A stretch of DNA of 63,916 nt, the filler included, from Octopus bimaculoides (taxonomy: Eukaryota): the NCBI RefSeq assembly GCF_001194135.2. It is 6 parts of 5 records of this genome, joined end to end, with 100 filler letters (N's around TTAATTAATTAA, not from the genome) between each part and the next. Parts side by side here need not be neighbours in the genome. Positions count along the whole stretch, not along the records: positions 46,196 to 60,067 come from NC_068985.1; positions 60,168 to 63,916 come from NC_068985.1; 4 more parts are not named here. One strand, given 5' to 3'. The notes under the pieces are model-generated. The model was not told the origin of the DNA. It made no database searches and was given only the letters and a program-made list of their open reading frames with translations. The translations under genes and the position numbers were made by a program. Below, one piece after another: positions 54,444 to 63,916 of the stretch. Numbering within the stretch: position 1 is the stretch's first letter; the number at the start of each line of letters is the position of its first letter.

Positions 54444-54586
54444 CATCATCATCATCATCGTTTAACATCCGCTTTCCATGCTAGCATGGGTTGGACAGAA
54501 TATACATACATAAATAACCCATGCTAGTAGTCCAACCCATGCTAGCATGGAAAGCGGACGTTAAATGACGATGATGATGATGATGA
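54444..54586. repeat. Inverted pair of RTE 3' tails (about 53-bp arms)
   Basis: 54444-54496 is the reverse complement of 54530-54586. Confidence 0.9.
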
Positions 54587-56246
54587 TATATACATATATA
54601 CACATACATATATATACATACATAAATATATAGACAAACAGACACCTTAAACAGGAAATTTATTTTATAGAGAAATGTTTACATATAACAGGAAATATAT
54701 CTTATATAGAAATGTTTGTATATATAATCAGTTTAAACAATTGTGAATGCATGCACACATACACACACACACACCCACAAGTACTAGCATTGTGTGTGTG
54801 TGTGTGTGTGTGTGTGCATGCGTGTGTGTGTGTGCATGCATGTGTGTGTGTGCATGCATGTGTGTGTGTATAGGTATTTATGAACTGAATATGTAGAAAC
54901 ACAGAGGCTCCATAATCTCTTTAGTGCAAAGACAAAATAATAAACTAAATAAAAAAGGCATAAACATACAACAGAGACATGTATGTATCATACATACACA
55001 TGCATCTGCCCACACACACACACACACCAATATACACACACATTATATACACATTGTAGTTTTCTAATGCATTTCCTATAATTCTCTTGGAGGATTTGAA
55101 TGGCAACAATTAGAGCTGTTTATCTGTGTGTGTATATGTGCATATGTGTGTGTAGCTGAATGTGTGTATGTAGGTGTCATTGTGTGTGTATGTGTATCTG
55201 TGTGTGAAACTGCTTTTGAGTAACTGAGTAACTGTGTGTATAAGTGTATTTGCGTAATTGTGCATATATGTATCTGTAATATATGTGATTCTGTAACTAT
55301 GCGTATATCTATCTAAGAGTGTAACTGTGTATTTGTTGTGATTCTGAGAAACTGTGGATATCAGTGAAACAACTGTGTGTGTGTGTGTGTGTGTGTATTT
55401 GTGTAACAGTGTGTATCTATGGGCATGACTGTGTATGCTTAACTGCATGTATATGTATATCTGTGTATATATTTACACATAAAAATTCATGCGCACATAT
55501 ACATACATACATAGGCACATACATACACACATGCAAATATTCATTCACTTATGTATGTATTTATACACACACACACACACACACACACATGCAAATATTC
55601 TTTTATATATTTGCACACACAAATACACATATATATTCCTTCATTTATGCTTGCATTTGCATATACAGACAGACACATATACACATGCAAATATTATTTT
55701 GTTTATGCTTGTTTATGTTTGTATTTTCTTATGCATAATTTTTTTTCACCAGTGCACACAATCTTCTCGACAAAAAAAAGAAGAGACAATAAAGAAAATG
55801 AACCAAATATTGAAGAATATTTTGGAAAAATAAATCAATAAATTTAATCTGATTTATAATTCTTCTTCAAAATAATAAGAATATATAATCAACGGAATTC
55901 ATTTTTGGTTTTTCTATGAAATAAATTCAAGCTTTTGATTTGACATATTCTCTAAAAGTTCTTCACAATTTAAAGAACCACAAAACACAGGCAATATAAA
56001 CCTCTTTGAAAAACAAAATATATATTAGAAGATGAATAAGGCCTTCAAGCAGACTTATTACAATTTAATATGGAATAGATTGTGCAAGTTTTTAAGTCAA
56101 ACGTTAATGTTTTGGTATGAAGGAAGGAANNNNNNNNNNAATATCAATGAAATAGGAGACATTTGATATTCTGAAGAACATTTAATGAACCATATTCACC
56201 TCGTTATTGAAGTTCGACCATTAAATATACTTCTTATGACCAGCTC

Positions 56247-56288
<42 letters not shown>

Positions 56289-56289
56289 A

Positions 56290-56473
56290 TAAGGCGTTTG
56301 GCTAGCAGAATTGTTAGCATGCTGGACAAAATGCTTAGCAGTATTTCGTCCATCTTTACATTCTGAGTTCAAATTTCGGGGTCGATAAAATAAGTACCAG
56401 TTGAGTACTGGGTTGATGTAATTGACTGCTCCCTTACCCCAAAATTTCAGGCCTTGTGCCTTTAGTAGAAAGG

Positions 56474-56517
<44 letters not shown>

Positions 56518-57090
56518 ACCTTGGGAGAGGCATTATGCCGGTAATAAACACACGCACTGGTTCGGTCCCTTATTTATTACCGGTATAATGCCTCTCCCAA
56601 GGTTTAATAGTATTTCTTATTAAGGCAGTGGTCTGGCAGAATTGTTAGCACACTGGGCAAAATGCTTTGTGGCATTTTGTCTGTCCTTACGTTCTGAGTT
56701 CAAATTCTGCTGAAATCGATTTAGCCCTTTCTCGCTTTGGGGTCAGTAAAATAAGTACCAGTTGTGTACTGGGGATCGAAGTAATTGGCTATCTCCCTCC
56801 CCCAAATTTCAGGCCTTCTGCCTATAGTAGAAAGGATCATCATTATTATTATTACTATTATTATTATTATTATTAAGGTAGCGAGCTGGCAGAATCATTA
56901 GGACGTCAAGAGAAGTGCTTAGTGGCATTTTTGTCAGTCTTTACACTGAGTTCAAATACCACCAAGGTCAACTTTACCTTTCATCCTTTCGGGGTTCGAT
57001 AAAAAAGGTACCAGTTGAACACTGGGGTCGATGTAATCGATTCATCCCCTCCCCCAAAATTACTACCCTTGTAGCAAAACTTGAAACCAT
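56290..57090 (+). mobile_element. Three SINE B copies separated by (ATT)n tracts
   Basis: Copies at about 56290, 56620 and 56875, each ending in aaaggattattatt or similar. Confidence 0.8.
56512..56609. repeat. Near-perfect inverted repeat (37-bp arms, 24-nt spacer)
   Basis: tattaaaccttgggagaggcattatgccggtaataaa versus tttattaccggtataatgcctctcccaaggtttaata; one G-U pair. Confidence 0.95.
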
Positions 57091-57099
57091 TACTATTAT

Positions 57100-57520
57100 T
57101 ATTATAGACATCACACAGTATACAATACCATGAGGTTGTTGATTGAAGATTTTGTGCCTACCAGGGGTTTGTACTGTTTGTCAGGTCACAACAAGGACCC
57201 CAGACAGATAGTACTTTACACAATATGCGTGCAATTCCAAGTAATGCCAACTTTTGCAGTACACCTAGATTGTAGGATATTTCTAAAGTTTTCAGATGTT
57301 TCTTCAGATTGGGTGGTATTGAACTCAATGCTCTGATGACAGCAGGGATAACCTTTATGATGGACTCTCATAGCGGCCACATCTTAGCAATCTCAATTCT
57401 CAGGTCTCCATATTTATCAATCCTTTCTCTTTCTTTCATGATGATATGTTGATCTCCTGGCACTGCCACATCAATTATGAGGCACTCTTGTTTGTCCCTC
57501 CTAACGGTTACTATATCCAG
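57100..57520 (-). mobile_element. R4/Dong-like non-LTR retrotransposon 3' fragment (REL endonuclease)
   Basis: RRLDIVTVRRDKQECLIIDVAVPGD...IDKYGDLRIEIAKMW...KVIPAVIRALSSIP...LQKLALLGIARIL, ending at a (TAA)n tract. Confidence 0.8.
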
Positions 57521-57914
57521 CCTTCGACAGCTGGATGTCCTTCCTAATGCCAAACGCTTTACGGTGTGTGTTGAATGCTTTCTTTCATGTCATCACCACT
57601 AGAGAGGTTACCAAGCCGCTTGTGAGACTACAAAACCCAGTTAGGAGGCAGGGTATAATATTTATGTTGAGAATGACATTGTAGAATAAGTGTGAGAGGC
57701 TGGATCTGGCTAATTCAAACATAAAACAAATAGAATATTTGAACCAGACATAGCTGGTTTAAATGCTAAAGGGTTAAAATAATCCCCTCTTTCCCTCATT
57801 TCCACTGAGCCTTTATCTTTCACTCTCTCACTTCCTTCTCTGCCTACTGCACTCTCAATTAATTATTATTAATTATTAATGATAATAATAATAATAATAA
57901 TAATAAGAAGAAGA

Positions 57915-57954
<40 letters not shown>

Positions 57955-58544
57955 ATTATCATTCTTATATTATGATTATTATTAAGGTGGTAAGCTAGTA
58001 GACTTGCTGGACAAAATGTTCAGCAGCAATTCTTCTGGTTTCATGTTCTGAGTTCAAATTCCAATGAGATTTTTTCTTCATTATTTTTTGTTAATTAATT
58101 AAAGCCATACAAATATTAAATATAGTGAGGATCTCCTCCCTTAGTTTTTATCCTTATATGGCTGTTGCTTCCTCAGTTTGATGTTGTTCAATTCATAGCA
58201 TCAATATTTAGAGTATCATCATCATCATTTAATGTTTGCATTCCATGCTGCCATCAGTTGGATGATTTGACAAGATTCAGTGGGTCCAAGGACCTCATCA
58301 TGTTCCAGTGTGTTTTGGCATGGTCTCTACAGCTGGATGACCTTCCTAATGCCAAACACTTTATGGTGTGTGTTGGATGCTTTTTTCAAGCCATCACCTC
58401 TAGTGAGGTTACAAAACAACTTGTGAGACTACAAAACCTAGTTAGGGGTTAGGGCGTAACATTTATGAGAGGAGGTGGGGCATTGGCATTAGCATTTTAG
58501 CATGGAGGGAAGGAAGGAGGGACAAGCAGGTTCCTGCGAAGGAA

Positions 58545-58750
58545 CTAATAATACAAAGAATATATATGCATGTATACACACATATATGTACATACTTACA
58601 TCTACATGTGTATATAGATGCATATCAGAGTACAGGACGTTAGAAAAATGAACTACAGACAACGGAACGAACACATAGGAAAACAGATAGCCACTTGGAA
58701 TTAATCCTTCATCAGCTGCCTCTATTCTAACTAGGCGTTTCGAACTACAT
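58545..58750 (-). mobile_element. Dispersed repeat with hammerhead-like remnant; homologous to 18006-18150 (+)
   Basis: About 140 bp of near identity between the two copies (tcctatgtg..cgttccgttgtctgtagttc...gatatgcatctatatacacatgtagatg). Confidence 0.75.
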
Positions 58751-59346
58751 GGTTACTCACCTTTAGGAGAAAGAGAGAAAGAATGAGTGAGGATGCTTAA
58801 ATAGGAGCTGTGAGTCCAAGTATCTCCTCAAGATAAAAGGTGAGTAGTGGGTGTGCCTCAAGTGGAACTATGGGTATAGGTAGGTTGGTGGTGGGGAAGA
58901 AGATGGGATGGGAAGTAGACAACTTTAAAGATTGAGCAGGATTGAAGGGTTGACAGAGAGAGTGATAGATGACCAATGATGCATGAGATGGGGGAGGGAG
59001 GAGGGGTGTGAAAATGAGTGGGGGCGAATGGCAGGATTCTTTTCTTTTTTTTTTTTACATGTTTCAACCCTAAGGCTGTGGCCAGGGGTAAGTAATAAAT
59101 AAACAACTGCAGTATGACTCATGTTTTACTTGTTTCAGTCATTGGACTGTGGCCATGCTGGGGCACCGCCTTGAAGGGTTTAAGTCGAACAAACAACCCC
59201 AATACTAATATTTTTTTAAAGCCTGGTACGTATTCTATTGGTCTTTTTCTGCTGAACTGTTAAGTTACTGAGACATAAACAACCAACACTAGTTATTAAG
59301 CAGTGGTGGGGGACAAATACACAGACACATAGAAACATACATGTAA

Positions 59347-59581
59347 GTAAGGCGGCGAGCTGGCAGAATCGTTAGCACGCTGGGCGAAATGCTTAGTGGT
59401 ATTTCATCTGCCGTTACGTTCTGAGTTCAAATTCCGCCGAGGTTGACTTTGCCTTTCATCCTTTCGGAGTCGATAAATTAAGTACCAGTTACGCACTGGG
59501 GTCGATGTAATCGACTTAATCCCTTTGTCTGTCCTTGTTTGTCCCCTCTATGTTTAGCCTCTTGTGGGCAATAAAGAAATA
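59347..59581 (+). mobile_element. SINE family B, intact copy nested in a family A copy, 16-bp TSD
   Basis: aaggcggcgagctggcagaatcg head, gagttcaaattcc B box, ctttcatcctttcggagtcgataaattaagtaccag core; TSD agaaacatacatgtaa at 59331-59346 and 59582-59597. Confidence 0.9.
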
Positions 59582-60843
59582 AGAAACATACATGTAAATG
59601 TACGACCGGCTTCTTTCAGTTTCCATCTACCTAATCCACTTACAATGCTTTGGTGGGCTCAAGGCTATAGTAGAAAACACTTTCCCAAATTACCATGCAT
59701 TGGGACTGGGGCTCGCACAAAACCGATAATTCCCAAAACCGAGTTTAAGTACAAGTAATTCTCAAAACTGGTTAAAAACCGGTTTTCGTGGATTTAGAGC
59801 GGTGTCCCTGTAACGAAGAAGTTTGTCATATATTGTATTTTGTTAATATACATACACAGAGAAAGAGAGAAAGTAACAGGTTGACTGATATCCACAAATA
59901 TGTTGGTGGTGCCTGTATCTGTATCTATGTACAAATAACAACAAAAAATAATAGTATATTTATTTAATCAGGAATGCAACGTTTTTCCAAGTCGTTGTAT
60001 TTTTAAGAATCAATCAAGTTTCTTGACTTGCTTGATGATTCACTTTCCTTCGAAAATAATCTTTTAANNNNNNNNNNNNNNNNNNNNNNNNNNNNNNNNN
60101 NNNNNNNNNNNTTAATTAATTAANNNNNNNNNNNNNNNNNNNNNNNNNNNNNNNNNNNNNNNNNNNNTATATATATGCATATGTGGGCACAGGACGTCAC
60201 GAAACGTGTACAACAAAAAATACGAAGTACGAGTACACACAGAGACACAGACACAGACACAGACACACAGAGATACACACACACACCCACACACACGAAC
60301 CTTAAGCTAGTGAAAATGTGTTTGTGACATATTTCAACTTCTCAGGGGAAATTCACTGCTGTTACCGCGGAAAGCCCGCGTCTGCGCATTTGGTCTTGGA
60401 TCCACATATATATCGTGGTCTACTACTAGGGTAACTTATATAGGTCACGCAATGGTAGGGTTAATTATGTATACATACATACTTACATATATGCATACTG
60501 ACAAGTACTCATACATGCACACACACACACACACACACACGTACAGGGTGTTCAGTCGAAAAGTCAGTGTTGCATGTATTTATAATGATATAGTAATGTT
60601 AAAGTGACTGACTATACACAACAGAAGCTGAACGGATGACATGTATTTACGTAACGCATAAACTACGTATGCACATGCGCAAACGCACACACATATGTAG
60701 AGAGAGCGGAAGAGAAGCATGTACATACAAACACATATATATTGTATACATACATATATGTAGATACACACATATAATTTACATACACACGAACTTATAT
60801 ATACATACACATGTATGTGTATGTGAGTGTGTGTATGTACTTA

Positions 60844-60879
<36 letters not shown>

Positions 60880-62524
60880 TATACATACATACACACATAC
60901 ACACAGATATGTATAATACATGCCTACAGATACAAAACACACATATATGTGTGTATGCATTTGTATACACAGTGATACATATATACACACACATGCAGGT
61001 ATAGAAGGTGGGAGAGAGAGAGAGAGACAGAGGGAGAGCGAGATACATACATATATACACATGCTTGCATACCTAGATATGCACAAAGACATGTAAACAC
61101 ACGTCTAGATATCTATGAAGACAAACACACACATACTGACACACCTACACACATACATACAGACATATACACACATTTACATGCAGACATACACATACAC
61201 ACATAGAAATAGCCCTCAAGGTCTGTAGGTAATGTAAGACTTGAGAACAACAACCGTGTGAGCTTAGTAAATTTGTGTATTTATCCACCGGGAGCCTGTG
61301 AATGATAGGAGGGTTTTTTTCCTTAGTTACATAAATAAACAATCGCGAATATAGCTGCAATAACAACACCATTTTCAGCATTGGCACCAACATCGGCAGC
61401 AAAAGAAACTATAGTAACAACAACATTTAAAAACAGTATTTTAGCAGTAAAAATGTAAAGGCAACACACGAAGAATGTTAAAATGATAGGCCTGGCATTT
61501 TTGTGTTTAAGTGCTTCCATATAATATTTACTCGCGGGGATTTTTAAGACGTTATCGGCGATCATTCAACAATTTAGCTGTTCAACGAAACACCTCGTAG
61601 GCCTCCTTACCGGGTAGCCACCCACAAACACTGTGACCTTTGCCACCGCTATCAGCATTAGTACCGACACCATCGTCGTATAAACTACTAATACTACCAC
61701 TACAACTAGTTACAATAGGAGCAGTGGCGGCGACGGTGGCGGTTGTGGCGGCGGTGGCGACGGCACGTTATCGCCACCACCGTCATATCACCCACCATGA
61801 GGATTTCTCTCATCATCAGTCAGTTTTATGATCGATACCACCATCATCATTAATTACCACTAGCAAATCCACCCTTATTACCACCACCATTCCCACACTA
61901 ATCAGCCTTTATTCTCGACAACACTACACTAAAACTGATAGCCATTATCGCAATCAACTCCGTCCTCCCTCATCACCACCACTACCACAACCATCATGAA
62001 TATTACTGTCAACGTCACTATCACATTACCGACACCCACATTCGCTACGACCAGTTGAAGCAGCAGATATAAAATCAACCAACACCACCACTGCCGCTGC
62101 CTCCGCTGCCTCCGCTGCCACCTCTACACCTGTCGCTGCCGCCNNNNNNNNNNNNNNNNNNNNNNNNNNNNNNNNNNNNNNNNNNNNNNNNNNNNNNNNN
62201 NNNNNNNNNNNNNNNNNNNNNNNNNNNNNNNNNNNNNNNNNNNNNNNNNNNNNNNNNNNNNNNNNNNNNNNNNNNNNNNNNNNNNNNNNNNNNNNNNNNN
62301 NNNNNNNNNNNNNNNNNNNNNNNNNNNNNNNNNNNNNNNNNNNNNNNNNNNNNNNNNNNNNNNNNNNNNNNNNNNNNNNNNNNNNNNNNNNNNNNNNNNN
62401 NNNNNNNNNNNNNNNNNNNNNNNNNNNNNNNNNNNNNNNNNNNNNNNNNNNNNNNNNNNNNNNNNNNNGCCACCTCCGTCGCCACCTCCGTCGCCACCTC
62501 CGTCGCCACCTCCATCGCCGCCTC

Positions 62525-63250
62525 TTCACTACAGGTTGCAGCGTCCCTGAATTCATAGAGGGGAAAAATTCTGAAGCTGGGTTGTTTGTTATTGGCGCAA
62601 ATGTTGATGTGTTCGCTGAATGCTATTTTTCTATATTTCCGAATTTTGATCTGAGATCTATGCAGAGCCATCCTTTGACGTAGACTGTTTTTGGTTTGGC
62701 CTATGTATTGTTCTCGACACTCAGAATAAGTTAATACATATATCAGGTTCTCGGAAGCACATGTTAAGTTACTTTTCACAATAAAACTTTGACCATGTTT
62801 GAAAGAGAACTCTTATCCTTCAATTAGGTTGACGCATATATCACAGTTAGGTTTTAGCATTTTTTTTTACTGATGGCTTCAGTGTTTTCTTGGATTTGGA
62901 CTGCCTTTTGCTCTTTATGATGGTGTACAGTTTGAGGATTAAATTCATTCTGTGGTCCCTTTTTAGTAGGGACCACAGAATGTTTTGGAGGATGGCTTCG
63001 AAGGCTTCATTGTTAAGAGAGTTGTGTGTGGAGATGTATGGCTTTTGGTTGTAAATCCTTCTTTAATTTTGAATGCCTGTATTCATGTATGTTGAGTTGT
63101 AGGGCACGTTGGAAGCATATATCAATTAGTGATGCTGGGTAGTTCATATATATGTTATATATATGTTTTCATTCTGCTATACAAAGAGCTCACAGTTAAC
63201 GTATGTATAGCGCTGTAAAGACTGAGAATTCAGGGGTCGTCTAAGAAAAG
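62525..63250 (-). mobile_element. Penelope-like retroelement fragment (GIY-YIG endonuclease)
   Basis: KSNLTCASENLIYVLTYSECREQYIGQTKNSLRQRMALHRSQI matches the GIY-YIG pattern IY-x-L-x-C...YIGQT...R. A Cys-containing linker (PNCDICVNLIEG) precedes it. Stops lie upstream. Confidence 0.85.
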
Positions 63251-63392
63251 ATCTTATATAACTTGCAAAAACCTTTGATTCATTACTTGAAAACTGAATC
63301 CATTACGCCTGACATATTTCTGTCAATTTCGTAATAGCTTTTAACTACCCTTAAAAATGTAGCTGCGTTCTTTTATGTACACACACACACAC

Positions 63393-63428
<36 letters not shown>

Positions 63429-63761
63429 CCACGCGCGCATACGCGCACACACACACACACACACACACAAATAAATCGAAACAAATGAATAATGTTTCAG
63501 TTCACTACAGCTGTTTATAAGGAATTTTTAGTTGATTAATGGACACATTACATCATTAGAAAAAACCGTCCTCATCGGACGAATACATGATACATGAACC
63601 ACAACATTCAAAAACATTCAAAAGCCAACGGTATGTGCACCTTCATGATTTTATGACCCTGACTGATCTATTCCTCTATTTTTGTTTTGTTCTGCACTCA
63701 TTTTACTTTTCGATCTGCACACATTTTACTTTTAATTGCTTGCTTCACATCAATCCCGTTC

Positions 63762-63802
<41 letters not shown>

Positions 63803-63916
63803 TTGCAAGATTTTTTATGTGAAATCGTGTGTTGAAACAGATGTTGTTGTACTTGGGGATGGTCATATTGCCAGTTTAGCCAATAAAAACACACGCACTG
63901 TATATTTGGTGTTAAT

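Noticed and set aside
55755-55841. Terminal exon candidate after ttttttttcaccAG
   Set aside because: A-rich low complexity; two frames are equally plausible and there is no supporting homology.
58690-58750. Type-II hammerhead using the upstream UAGUUC-GAAAC
   Set aside because: Stem II can pair, but stem III is only 2 bp and no stem I forms.
60366-60429. Helitron 3' end (CGCGG-AAAGC-CCGCG hairpin then CTAG)
   Set aside because: The hairpin is about 45 nt from CTAG, too far for the canonical arrangement.
61323-61565. Hydrophobic 80-aa ORF
   Set aside because: No recognisable family or splice context. The hydrophobicity follows from the antisense of AAC/CAA-rich DNA.
180-63835. Dozens of ORFs rich in YI/CV/HT/LS/poly-H/T/V and long ORFs filled with X
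   Set aside because: They are translations of microsatellites or of N-gaps, not genes.

Overview
This is eukaryotic, AT-rich, very repeat-dense DNA with many assembly gaps. The mix of repeats (tRNA-headed CORE-like SINEs, RTE/CR1/R4/Penelope relics, dense di- and trinucleotide microsatellites) suggests an octopus genome, which is an inference. One protein-coding gene is convincing: an uninterrupted minus-strand ORF (40965 to the gap at 39820). It encodes a secreted protein with a signal peptide and at least six tandem Cys-rich modules resembling a reduced, 4-Cys form of the CBM14/peritrophin-A chitin-binding domain, and it has a TATA box upstream. The rest is transposon debris and microsatellites: four main SINE families, LINE fragments (RTE, CR1-like, R4/Dong, Penelope), and Tc1/mariner and hAT relics or MITEs. 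Two short repeats contain minimal type-I hammerhead ribozyme folds: one intact (10201-10246) and one decayed with a compensatory G3-C8 core swap (43403-43453). A third motif is only a remnant. Most ORFs in the supplied track are microsatellite or N-gap artefacts. TE boundaries are approximate (about +/-20 bp) unless TIRs or TSDs are given, and family names come from recalled motifs, not database searches.
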